Below, piece after piece: positions 10,378 to 22,947 of a DNA stretch of 64,000 nt (positions are counted from its first letter, which is position 1; the number at the start of each line of letters is the position of its first letter). A program made the position numbers and the translations under genes. Origin of the DNA: Octopus vulgaris (taxonomy: Eukaryota); assembly GCA_951406725.2 (NCBI GenBank), contig OX597842.1:1302001-1366000 (forward strand), read 5' to 3'. The notes beneath the pieces are model-generated. The model saw only the letters and a list, made by a program, of their open reading frames with translations, was not told the origin of the DNA and made no database searches.

Positions 10378-11149
10378 TGCACACAAAATGATGTATTCAA
10401 TACGATACAGGAACACAGGAAAGCAAAGAGAGAGAAACATAAATACACACACACACACACACACATAAAGACACACATACACACACTCACCAAAGAAAAT
10501 ATCATCTATGGAAATATTATTACATAAAAAAATGTTACATAAATTTCAGAAAATGCCGAGAAATCATAAACAGATATCTGGGTTACTGCTTGTAAAAAAA
10601 AACTTAGGAACTAACTTCAGAAAAACTCATAAATATGCTAATAGAAGCTCAAGGATAGATAAAAATGGGTTCAGAGTTAATCACAGGTGAAAAAAAACAA
10701 CAAAATAAATCGATATAAAAAGGTGTAAAAAATTAGGGCAAAATTCGGAAAAATGTTAAGAAATAAGCGAAAACTGAAAATTGTAAGAGATGAAAGGAAA
10801 TAAAAGTGAACAGAGAATATATGAAGATAACTCGGAGGTAAACGTATTTTGTAATTAAATTAAGTATGATTAAAGGGTTGAATAATAAAAATTAATGATA
10901 GGAACATATGTATGTGAGATAACGAATGGATAAATATTTGTGTTTTGGAATTTAAAGAAAGCATAAAGTAAGGAATTTTGCTGATAGAGAAAAATGCAGA
11001 AAAAAGAGGAAAAAAATGGAATGAGGTGGAAATTTAATTAAGGTGTGGGTTGTGGAGTTTTATATTGTGAAACGAAGGTAAACTTTTAAGGTTAATTAAG
11101 AAAAGGTTTGTAACGATTTTTTTCATTTTTCTTATAGGGCAGATATAAA

Positions 11150-11361
11150 TAATAAAAATAAAAATAATAATTTTAAAAATAATAAGAATGATTATTATGT
11201 AATAATAATAACAATAATAATAATAATGAAAATATAATAATAATAATAATAATAATAATGATAATAATAATAATAATAACAATAATAATAATAAAAATAA
11301 TTTTAAAAATAATAATAATGATTATTATATAATAATAATAACAATAATAATAATAATGAAA

Positions 11362-11406
<45 letters not shown>

Positions 11407-11539
11407 TAATAATAATAATAATAACAATAATAATAATAAAAATAATTTTTAAAATAATAATAATGATTATTATAATAATAATAATAATTTATAATAATAA
11501 TAATAATAATAACTAGTAATAATAATAATAATGATAATA

Positions 11540-11571
<32 letters not shown>
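11150..11571. repeat. (AAT)n-rich region containing a ~130-145-bp unit triplicated
   Basis: AATTTTAAAAATAATAA(G/T)AATGATTATTAT recurs at ~11169, ~11299, ~11445. Confidence 0.8.
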
Positions 11572-11572
<1 letters not shown>

Positions 11573-12113
11573 GATGCAGTACCAAGCAGTGGCTTTCGTG
11601 GCTTCTCATTTTAACTGATTGGAAGTGTTATCATGTACATTGTTTTGTCTTGGTATAAAAGATGGGCTACAGCAAATATTCTGCTCAATACCACAGATTT
11701 GCTTGTCAGTTGTTTGACCTTAACCAGTTGAGCATGTCCCTTAGTGGCTGACGATATGTGCCATCTCTGATCACGAGCAGAAGTAGTGGGGATGAGCATC
11801 ATAGCCATGTGTTGAGAAGGATTCTTTGGGGTTTGAATAATTCACCTCTGGAAACATGGGTGTTTCATCATCCTTAAATAAACCTTATTAGGGACCTTAT
11901 TAGTATGGGTTACTTATCTGAAGAAAATTCTAACTGGGCTCCACCTGCAAGGTCATGTGCTGTTTATCTTGATATGAGATCACCATGTCGCGCACATATG
12001 GTTGTGATGCATGTGCCTGATGTACCCTTATCAGACGGGTAGTCATGATTATTACTTATTATTATTATTACCCCAGTGTCACTTTGATGGCATGCTATGC
12101 TATTGCTCACTCA
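11572..12113 (+). mobile_element. Element X copy in (AAT)n
   Basis: Aligns with 998-1550. Confidence 0.85.
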
Positions 12114-12234
12114 ATTAATAATAATAATTATGATTTCATTTATTTGCCAGGATGATGCAAAGGATGAAGGGGACAATACAAAGAACAGACATAAAGTGTT
12201 GGGGGTCTCAATAATAACAATAATAATAATGATG

Positions 12235-12281
<47 letters not shown>

Positions 12282-12286
12282 TGTTA

Positions 12287-12476
12287 TTTTCTATAAAGGC
12301 ACATAGGCCTGGATTTTGTATGATAGTTGATTACATCGACCCCAAAACTTGACTGGTACTTAATTCATTGACTAAAAATGAAAAATAGCCGACCTCGGTG
12401 GAATTTGAACTCAGAACATGATGAAATACTTGTATGTATTTCACCTGGTGATAACGATTCTGCCACCTTGCCACCT
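12287..12476 (-). mobile_element. SINE family B, diverged
   Basis: CGACCTCGGTGGAATTTGAACTCAGAAC and ACTGGTACTTAATT motifs. Confidence 0.65.
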
Positions 12477-12535
12477 AAATAATAATAATAATAGTAATAG
12501 TATAATAATAATAATAATAATAATAATAGTAATAG

Positions 12536-12570
<35 letters not shown>

Positions 12571-12791
12571 TGATGATGATAATAATAACAATAATAATAT
12601 AGTTATATAATAATGATGATAATAGTTATATAATTATAATTACTATTATTATCATCATCATTATTATTATTGTTATTATTATTATTATTATTATAAAGAT
12701 ATTAACAACAATAATGAGGATGATGATGATGATGGTAAACGAAGCAACAACACCAACAAAAATTATAATAGTGATAGCAATAACAACAACA

Positions 12792-12825
<34 letters not shown>

Positions 12826-12937
12826 TAATAATAATGATAACAGCAATAGCAATAACAACAACAACAACAACAGCAACAATAATAATAATGATAATAATAA
12901 TAACAATGATAATAATGATGATGATGATGACGATGAT

Positions 12938-12972
<35 letters not shown>

Positions 12973-12983
12973 TGATGATGATG

Positions 12984-13043
<60 letters not shown>

Positions 13044-13050
13044 GTAATAA
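12477..13050. repeat. Compound (AAT)n/(GAT)n/(AAC)n microsatellite
   Basis: Direct inspection. Confidence 0.95.
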
Positions 13051-14248
13051 GAGATGAGAGGGAAAAAATGACACAGAGAACAAAGTAGGTTTATATCAGC
13101 ATAAAATATTTGGCAGAATTAATTTATTATTTTTTTTTATTTTTGCAAAATCCAATTTAAGCTAAAGAAGGCAGTGTGTTAAAAGATAAGTTCAGAATTC
13201 AAAGTATATTTTAAATGGGAGAAGGTTATGTGGAATTATAAAATGGGGGAAGTTATCGTTTATTTGGGAAGATAAAAGGTTTAAAATGTTTGAGAGTTCT
13301 AAAGACCCGATGCCGACCACTAATGAGAAATTGAAGGAGAGGAATTCGACAAGGTTTATAGATGTAAATATGACGACATTATATTAGGTGGTGGGTGTCG
13401 GGTCTTGCAAAGGATTAAATGTTTTCTTTGATAATCTTGTGTAAGGCTGTATGCGTTTATATGTTTGGAAATCTTTATGTAATTAAAGGGGGACATTGCG
13501 ATTTCATGTGTGTGCATGCATATTTGTAGGTCGACACACATCCATTTTAATGTCCCCAATTTTCCTTCTCCGCTCTTTTTTCTCTGCGTGTCTATCCTAT
13601 TTTCAAGAAGAAGAGTGATTATGCAAAACATAAAAGACATTTCTTTTGTTCCCTATTTCTTGATTAGCAAAATAATACCAGTTCTGTCTTCATTTCTTAC
13701 TCCGTTTTGGGCTGAATTTTTTGTCACATTTGCACTATACACACATAAATGTCGAACAATGAGAATGAGTGCTCAACACTGCAATGGTGGATAAGCATAT
13801 ATATATACATACATACATACATAATATATAAAATTTAGAGGACTGACCACTGAAAGTGGACTGCCTATATGCTAAACATAGATGTCAAATCGCCATTACC
13901 ATGAAGAATGTGTTCTTAAGAAAAATCTCAGCAAAAAACCATAATGTAAAAATAAGCAAGGCAAATGAAAATATATGAAATAAAAAACGATTACCTATGT
14001 ACCATTCATTTCACTTGTTAATATTTACGTATATGGACACGCAAACATCTGCAAGATCATCGGCATAGTCTGTCACTTACAAAACAATTTCCAGAAGTAG
14101 ATACAGAACACTCAACCGAAATCCAGCATGTATAAAGTTCTACAATTCATATAACTGCAGAGTAGTTTCCGATCTCAGCACACTAAAGTGAAGGCATTTG
14201 AAAGATACACCTAAATATAATTTATATACTATATAAATTATATATATA

Positions 14249-14330
14249 CTAGCAGATATACCTGGCGTTGCCTGGGTTAAAGAGAATAATGAAATTTAAA
14301 AACGCTGTCTCAACTGCTAGTAGCTGAGAT
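14249..14330 (-). mobile_element. Helitron 3' end (element extent uncertain)
   Basis: Minus strand CCCAGGCAACGCCAGG hairpin-like motif followed by TATATCTG-CTAG-T; same pattern as 51258-51286. Confidence 0.55.
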
Positions 14331-14687
14331 ACCAACTTTCTGCATTAATAATTCTCCAACCCATGCCAGCATGGAACATAGACGTTAAGTGAAATGTTAA
14401 AAGCAAGTTTTCAAACCATATATGTATATAAAGTAAATACATTAATTCAAAAACACGAAGCCTTGTGAGTGGAGTTGGTAGATGGAAAGCAGTTCCCACC
14501 CCACCATCGTCTGACAACTGATGCTGGTGTGTTTATATCCTTGCAACTTAGCGGTTCAGCAAAAGGGACTCTAGCGTGTAGCCATTTTCAAATAGTACCG
14601 CCAATTTGAGGTAGCTGGCAATATGACATAATGTCGTATTGCCGAAGAAATATGATTGTAGTTTTTCCCATTGGTTGAAATAACTGC

Positions 14688-15278
14688 TCTCTTTTACTCT
14701 TTACTTGTTTCAGTCATTTGACTGTGGCCATGCTGGAGCACCACCTTTAATCGAGCAAATCGACCCCAGGACTTATTCTTTTGTAAGCCCAGTACTTATT
14801 TTATCAGTCTCTTTTGCCGAACCGCTAAGTAATGGGGACATAAACACACCAGCATCGGTTGTCAAGCAATGCTAGGGGGACAAACACAGACAAACAAAGA
14901 CACACACATACACATATATATATATACATATATACGACAGGCTTCTTTCAGTTTCTGTCTACCAAATCTACTCACAAGGCTTTGGTCGGCCCGAGGCTAT
15001 AGTAGAAGACACTTACCCAAGGTGCCACGCAGTGGGACTGAACCCAGAACCATGTGGTTGGTGAGCAAGCTACTTACCACACAGCCACTCCTGCGCCTAT
15101 ATATACATACATATATACGACAGGCTTCTTTCAGTTTCCGTCTACCAAATCTACTCACAAGGCTTTGGTCGGCCCGAGGCTATAGTAGAAGACACTTGAC
15201 CAAAGTGCCACGCAGTGGGACTGAACCCAGAACCATGTGGTTGGGAAGCAAGCTACTTACCACACAGCCACTCCTGCT
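14688..15278 (-). mobile_element. SINE family A with duplicated 5' half
   Basis: Full copy 14688-15098 plus a second head module 15115-15278 in tandem. Confidence 0.9.
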
Positions 15279-16163
15279 TATATAAGAATTCCGAAAATTA
15301 GTTAAAGAATAATTTTATGTGATTTGAATTCTTTAAATTCAAGTTGAGCAGTTATAAAAACCCTGGATTTGGGGGAAAACTTTAGTGTTTGTGGGATGTT
15401 ACTAAACTCTACGACACTCACTCCTTTGAAACATTGGCTATTTTTATGCCATGTCTATGAAAAATCCAACAAGACTTATTTGAATTGTTGAGAACTATAT
15501 TTAGTATGAAGAATTAGCTAGTGTGACTTTTAAGTCGTAATTCTCTACGACAAAATTACTTAACTTTCCAATTATACTATAAATACTAAATGTACATAAA
15601 TAAACTAATGTAGTAATTATTTTCTCTTTCTTCACGTTTTTCAACTTATTAATGAAATTTATTTCTGCAATTATGAAACTGTGTATTTTTTTTTATAGCG
15701 GTTAAAAGGACACGAATTTATTTATCTTCAACATACATGCACGCATAAAATATCCGTTAGCGTTTCAGAAAATATATTTCTCGCTATGGCGTTTATGTAG
15801 CTGGAGTCAGGATTTATGTATAATGATAACACTCATAAGTAAGTTATAAGTGACAGGTTTATCAATATATATTCCTACTTCAAAAGTAAAATATATTTAT
15901 TATCTATTTCCAAATAGGAAACATATAAAAGTAGTGTTACACTAACAGTAAACAAACCAACCAGAAAATATCCACTATAGGACCGATAGAATGAGTACTA
16001 AGCTTACAAAGAATAAGTCATAGTCGAATTTCTTCGATTAACAACATTTAAAGTGGTGCTCCGGCATGGCCACAGTCAAATAGCTGAAACAAGTAGAAAG
16101 AGTATATATATATGTGTGTAATAAATAAATGGAGTTTAACGCAGGTGAAAATCAAATATTTTT

Positions 16164-16249
16164 ACTTTCGACACATGTTTCGAAAATTCCACTGATACTA
16201 TTCAAAAGAATAAATGGTATAAACAATGCGATCTTCTCTTCAGGAAAGT
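16164..16249 (-). ncRNA. Type I hammerhead ribozyme (Penelope-type) with extended stem II
   Basis: Minus strand ACTTTC-CTGAAGA-GAAGAT...ATTTTC-GAAAC-atgt-GTC-GAAAGT: 6-bp stem I, intact core, 6-bp basal stem II, short stem III, GUC site. Confidence 0.75.
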
Positions 16250-16403
16250 GAAAAAAACGAAACTCGTCAATAAGACTTAACATTCCGAGCGGAGCTCTTC
16301 GTCAGAAACATAGGAAAAGGAAAGATCCAAGGAAGAGAAGACGGAGGAAAAAAAAAAATCGCCAACGATACACACGCAGTCACATATATATATATATATA
16401 TAT

Positions 16404-16491
<88 letters not shown>

Positions 16492-16494
16492 TAC

Positions 16495-16642
16495 ACAATG
16501 GGCTTCTTTCAGTTTCCATCTGCCAAATCTACTCTCAAGGCTTTAGTCAGCCCATGGCTATAGTAGAAGACACTTGCCCAAGGTGCCATGCTGTGGGACT
16601 GAACCCAGAACCATATAGTTGGAGAGCAAGCTTCTTACCACA
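16495..16642 (-). mobile_element. SINE family A, 5' fragment
   Basis: GGCTATAGTAGAAGACACTTGCCCAAGGTGCC..GGGACTGAACCC. Confidence 0.85.
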
Positions 16643-16799
16643 CAATTTTCCCATCATCTGTTCCTACTTTCTCAATGCTTCATCTCTTACTACAACACCT
16701 TACCTTTCTCAACTATCCACCCTTATCTATGTCCCTGCTCATTTACCCACACCCTGCCCCTGTCCACCTCGTACAACACGCCATCCCTGCCCATTCTGT

Positions 16800-17550
16800 C
16801 AAACCATCAACACCAACATCATTACCTCCGCCATCACTAACAATAACCACCATCACCACTACCACCACCATCGCCACCACTACCACCATCATCATCATCA
16901 ACATCACTATTACCAACACCTACTTATATGACTGTCCATGCTGGTGGCCACCACCACCAACCACCACCACCACTGCCCACTCACCACCACCACCACTGCC
17001 ATCACTATAACCACCACCACTACAACCATCACTGACCATTACTAGTACTACCACCACAACAACCACCATCACTACCACCACCATCACCACTACCATCGCC
17101 ACCAACACCACCACTACCACCATGATCATCATCAACATCACTATTACCAACACCAACGCAGCTACCACAACCATCAACACCATCGCAACCACCATGCCAT
17201 GACCACTACTAACACTGCCATTCTTAATACCATTCATAACTACTACCACTACTACCACCAACACCACCACTACTTCTACCACTACCACATCCACCACCAC
17301 CGCCCGAACCTATACTGCTCTCACCACAACTGTCACCACTACCACCACCACCATCACCGACCCTTCTATCCTACCTCACCTTCCTTAACCCACCTGTCCA
17401 CTGAGGTATTTAAATGCTCACCTAACTAATCACCCACCCGTCACGTCTACCCACCTGTCTACCTTCTTACCTACCTACCTGCCCAACTAGCTAACCGGCC
17501 AACAAGCCAGTTCTGCCACCACCACCACCACCACCATCACCACCATCTCT
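16800..17550. repeat. Degenerate (ACC/ATC)n trinucleotide region
   Basis: Direct inspection; source of the His/Thr/Pro-rich ORFs. Confidence 0.9.
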
Positions 17551-17770
17551 GTACACTGTGTACCCACTTACCTATCAAATACCAGCACCCCATTTAGAAA
17601 TGCAAATTCAGCCCCAGGGTAAATTATTCTGCACATTATCCTCACCCTGAGGCGACATGACCACTACCTCAGATAAGAACAAAGTAGAGGTGGGGGGGAG
17701 GAATGTGTCTAAGGCATATGTGGGGGAGTAGATCAGAGTGAAAGAGAGGAACAAAAAGGGAGACAGAGAG

Positions 17771-17803
<33 letters not shown>

Positions 17804-17835
17804 AATAGATAGATAGACATAAACATAGACACACA

Positions 17836-17874
<39 letters not shown>

Positions 17875-17890
17875 GTGTGTGTCTATGTTG

Positions 17891-17949
<59 letters not shown>

Positions 17950-17956
17950 CTATCTA

Positions 17957-17994
<38 letters not shown>

Positions 17995-18038
17995 CTATCT
18001 ATCTATCTATCTATCTATCTATATATATATATATATTA

Positions 18039-18090
<52 letters not shown>

Positions 18091-18193
18091 GTATATATAT
18101 ATAGACTGACACATAGATAGATAGAAAGAGAGAGAGAGAGGGATAAAGAGAGCCAGGGTTGAGAGAAAGAGAGAGAGAGAGTAAGAGAGAGTC

Positions 18194-18228
<35 letters not shown>

Positions 18229-18659
18229 GAAAAAGTGTAAAGACAAAAAGACAGGCATAGAAAGAGAGGGAGAGAAGATAGAGAAAGAGAGAGATAGAGT
18301 GTTGCAGAGTCATATAAAAAGGGGAGAAAGCGAGAGTGAGAGAAAGGGGAAGAGGAGAGAGGTAGGGAGTCATTGAGAAAGAGAGAGGGGAAGGAGAGGT
18401 TTGGAGAGAGGAAGTGAAGATATAAAGGAAGATAATGCTGGAGACAACCCTAGCACTGCCTTCATCAGTGGAATATACACATATAGCAACATAAATACAC
18501 ACACACATATATATATATAACATACAAATACTTACATACATGAATGTATACATACATATATATGCACGTATGCACATGACCATTTTAAATTGCCCACCTA
18601 TAACTCCTCGTGATAAATTTTTATATATATAATATATATATGACAAGCTTCTTTCAGAT

Positions 18660-18894
18660 TCTGATTTCTTTATTGCCCACAAGGGGCTACATACAGAGGG
18701 GACAAACAAGGACAGACAAAGGGATCAAGTCGATCACATCAACCCCAGTGTTTAACTGGTACTTCTTTAATCAACCCCAAAAGGATGAAAGCAAAGTCGA
18801 CCTCGGCGGAATTTGAACTCAGAACGTGGCGGCAGATGAAATATCGCTAAGCATTTCGCCGGGTGTGCTAACGATTCAGCCAGCTCACCACCTT
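18660..18894 (-). mobile_element. SINE family B
   Basis: AAAGGATGAAAGCAAAGTCGACCTCGGCGGAATTTGAACTCAGAAC..GCCAGCTCACCACCTT. Confidence 0.85.
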
Positions 18895-18899
18895 TAAAC

Positions 18900-19058
18900 T
18901 GAAAGCTTTTTTCAGTTTCTGCCAACTGAATCCATTCACAAGGCTTTGCTCAACACAAGGCTACAGTAGAAGACACATGCCCAAGGTGTCATGCAGTGAG
19001 ACTGAACCCAGAACCATGTGGTTGGGAAGCAAGCTACTTACCACACAGCAATGCCTAT
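18900..19058 (-). mobile_element. SINE family A, 5' half
   Basis: ACTGAACCCAGAACCATGTGGTTGGGAAGCAAGCTACTTACCACACAGC. Confidence 0.85.
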
Positions 19059-19554
19059 GAACAATATTCTTTATTTCAGAAATCACTATGATTGTTGACG
19101 TATTTCAACACCTGTAGCACATACATACACACACACACACATGCATATACATACCTGTATATATATATGCACACATTCACACACAAGTATTTACATCAAT
19201 ATATAAACACACACCTATACGCATGCAGGTAAAACATTGTTACGATAGACTGGAGACACAAAAGTATAGAACAAAACAAGTTTGACATTTGTGTAGATCT
19301 GATTGTTAGTGTATGTGTATGTATATATTTATCTACACAAACACACACACATACAAATATATGTCTACATACATATTTACATCTGTCTATCTATCTACTA
19401 TCTATCTATCAATCTAGATATATATATATAGATATATATATATATGTGTGTGTGTATGTATATATATATATATATTTACATATATATATACATATATATA
19501 TATGTATATGTATCATCATCATCGTTTAACGTCCATTTACCGTGGTAGCACGGG

Positions 19555-19595
<41 letters not shown>

Positions 19596-19889
19596 TATAC
19601 ATGTCTATTATTTATTTACAGACACACATTTGTACATACCTATACATACATACATGCACACATACACACACAAACACATAGATATAAACATAAATATACA
19701 CAATTATAGACAGACACAAACATACATACATATGTGCGTATGTGTGTTGTTATGTGGGTGTGTGTATGTGTGTGGTTATGTGCTAGAGCAAATCTATATA
19801 TGTATGAACATATACATGTATGAAAATTATATATATGTATATATATGTGTATATGTATATATATATATATATGTATATTGTTTTTTGTT

Positions 19890-20096
19890 TTCCAGTTTCA
19901 GCTCTTGAGCTGTGGCCATGCTGGGGCACCGCCATTGTGGTGAAAGAGTACAGCAGGGATCACCACCCCCTGCCGGAGCCTCGTAGAGCTTTTTTAGGTG
20001 TTTTCGCTCAATAAACACACACAACGCCCGGTCTGAGAATCGAAACCGCGATCCTGCGACCGCGAGTCCGCTGCCCTAACCACTAGGCCATTGCGC

Positions 20097-20098
<2 letters not shown>
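19890..20098 (-). mobile_element. tRNA-derived SINE (family D head, family-A-like tail)
   Basis: Minus GGCGCAATGGCCTAGTGGTTAGGGCAGCGGACTCGCG..GGTTTCGATTC head shared with 45626/45949; tail GGCGGTGCCCCAGCATGGCCACAG..CTGAAAC similar to family A. Confidence 0.85.
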
Positions 20099-20145
<47 letters not shown>

Positions 20146-20830
20146 AATATATATATACATATATATATACATATATATATATGTTCATACACATATATAT
20201 ATATCCATATATAGATTTGCCCTAGTACATAACCACACACTCACACACGTACACACACCCACATAACAACGTACATACATGCACACAAAGCATAATGAAG
20301 GCTTAATTGACAATAACCTGGCCTGTCGTGTGATCAGTACTGCTTAGCCCAACGATAAAGACTTTGGCCTCGACATTGAAAGCGCCATTACAAGACTATC
20401 ACTTAAATCTTTCATTAACAGAGCCTAAACAGAGATTATTGCAGACGTAATTCCTAATCCGGTCTTCAAAATTTTAATCCATATTTGTCGTATTTGAGAT
20501 TCCAGCTGCCTGGTTTTACCATTAAATCTAGCAGAGAATTCTGTGAGCCAACAAAAGAAGGCAGGGAGATGGGTGGAGGGGGGGGTCTTTTTTTTTGTGG
20601 TCATGGGGTAAGAGGAATGCTAGAAATAAGTGAGAGAGAGAGAGAGTGAGTGATGATTGTTTCTGGAATTGGATGTGACAGGCTGAGACAGGGAAAAGAA
20701 GTGAAAGAGAAATAGAGAAGGAAATACATATATAAGTGTGTGTGTGTAGATATATATGTATATATATATATGTATATATATGTGTGTATATATATATATA
20801 TATGTATATGTATATGAAAATACAGTCAAA

Positions 20831-21036
20831 CGAGGTCATTGCCAGTGTCGCCTGACTGGCCCTCGTGCCGGTGGCACATAAAAGCACCCACTACACTCTT
20901 GGAGTGATTGGTGTTAGGAAGGACATCCAGATCAGATTGGAGCTTGGTGCTGTCATTTGGTTCGCCAGACCTCAGTCAAATTGTCCAACCCATACCAGCA
21001 TGGAAAGCGGACGTTAAACGATGATGATGATGATGA
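20831..21036 (+). mobile_element. RTE-type 3' end element (family C) with (GAT)n tail
   Basis: GGTGGCACATAAAAGCACCC..GTTAGGAAGG..GCATGGAAAGCGGACGTTAAAC(GAT)n; similar to the 3' UTR at 24020-24212. Confidence 0.8.
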
Positions 21037-21337
21037 TATACATATCTATCAATGGAACAAAAACGCAATAGACGACAATAAAACATTCAGACAGATAGAC
21101 GATAAAAAGGCGGACAAGAGAAGCAATAATTAGAAGGACAGGCAAAAGAAGACGGATCATTCTTGGCTTTCTTTCATCAGTCAAGTTCCAGAAGTCATGA
21201 CTATTTCGTACAGTTACACTTGAGATGGTTCAATCTTGTTGTTCCACCAAAATGTCTAAGCTAAGAACATTAGACCCCTTTGTAAGAACTTTAGCGAATG
21301 TGCATGGCAACAAAAACAAAAAAAAATAAACAAAATA

Positions 21338-21720
21338 GGCGCAGGAGTGGCTGTGTGGTAAGTAGCTTGCTAACCAACCACATGGTTCCGGGTTCAGTAC
21401 CACTGCATGGCATCTTGGGCAAGTGTCTTCTGCTATAGCCTCGGGCCGACCAAAGCCTTGTGAATGGATTTGGTAGACGGAAACTGAAAGAAGCCTGTCG
21501 TATATATATATATGTGTATGTGTGTCTGTGTTTGTCCCCCTAGCATTGCTTGACAACTGATGCTGGTGTGTTTACGTCCCCGTCACTTAGCGGTTCGGCA
21601 AAAGAGACCGATAGAATAAGTACTGGACTTACAAAGAATAAGTCCCGGGGTCGATTTGCTCGACTAAAGGCGGTGCTCCAGCATGGCCACAGTCAAATGA
21701 CTGAAACAAGTAAAAGAGTA
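21338..21720 (+). mobile_element. SINE family A, full length
   Basis: Complete head, body and tail. Confidence 0.93.
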
Positions 21721-22053
21721 AACAAAAAAACTACATTTTAACCTCAGGAAAACATCTTTTCCAGCTGGCTAACGACACACAACTTATGTCTGATATATTG
21801 TGAGTAAAGGAGTGAATCACTCCCCTCTATCTTGGCAAGACCAGTACATCATGGTTTCTGAGTCTTTACCCTTCATCAGTACCGGATACCTGCCTGCAAG
21901 AGATGGCAGTCAATCATCCCTACTCACAATATATAAACAGAGAAGTGACAGACAGCAGCTGATCTCATAATGAGCAAATAGCCAGTTCTAAAATCTCTTA
22001 CATGCATATAGATACACCACAAACCAATACATACATACATATATATATATATA

Positions 22054-22367
22054 TGAGGGTGAGTAAAAAAGTAATGCCATTTTGTTTAGGACAGGTATAA
22101 TTGGAAACACAGGAACATGTATCATACATCAAAATGAAGCTGGTCCTCTGTGGATCACATCCCTACTTCTCAACATAGTCACCATTTCTTTCAATAGCAA
22201 TGTTCCACCTTCGAATGAGAGCATGTATCCTGTCCTGTAAAATTCTGTTGACTGTTCTTTGAGCCCCTTCTTCACTACAGTTTTCACTTCCTCGTCACTG
22301 GAATAATGTTTGCCTCTCAAACCCTCTTTCATGGGACTGAAGGGATGATAGTCTGAAGGCACTAAAT
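22054..22367 (-). mobile_element. Mariner transposon 3' fragment with TIR
   Basis: Minus translation PSDYHPFSPMKEGLRGKHYSSDEEVK...RWNIAIERNGDYVEK*; terminus GAGGGTGAGTAAAAAAGTAATGCC abutting (TA)n. Confidence 0.88.
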
Positions 22368-22793
22368 TATTCCAGTGACAAGGAAGTGAAAACTGTAGTT
22401 AAGGGTACATGTGTCTGTGGAGTACTCAGCCACTTGCAGGTTAATCTCACGAGTAAGCTGTTCCATTGACTGTATCAGCTGGGACCCTCTTCAACGTAAC
22501 CGACGGAGTGCTCCATTTTAATATATATATATATAAATCCCCTTGTAAACACGGTTATAGAGCGTGCATACCGATGTAAATATTGGCAAAAACACACCTT
22601 TAGTTCATATAATTTAAACTTTAATTTCCTTTATATTTAACATTTACTAAAAAATATCCCTCCTCTTTCTATTGACTACTTCTGACGTTATATCATATAA
22701 CGTTTTTTTAAACAATATTAATAGCGTTCAGTTAATCGCTATACAAATCCATCATTTTCAGTTAAAATGTCTTATTGACGAGTTTTGTTTTTT

Positions 22794-22880
22794 CACTTCC
22801 CTGAAGAGAAGATTGCATTGTTTTGTACCATTTATTCTTTTGAATAATATCAGTGAAATCTTTGAAACATGTGTCGAAAG
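22794..22880 (+). ncRNA. Second copy of the extended-stem-II hammerhead motif
   Basis: ACTTCC-CTGAAGA-GAAGATT...AATCTTT-GAAAC-atgt-GTC-GAAAGT; 22770-22925 is homologous to 16120-16275 (opposite strand). Confidence 0.7.
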
Positions 22881-22947
22881 TAAAAGTATTTGATTTATAC
22901 CTGCGCTAAACTCCATTTATTTAATATATATATATATATATATATAC

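Noticed and set aside
13130-13795. Unique-looking sequence with 94-aa ORFs as a possible exon
   Set aside because: No recognisable domain, stops in the plausible frames and no convincing splice signals
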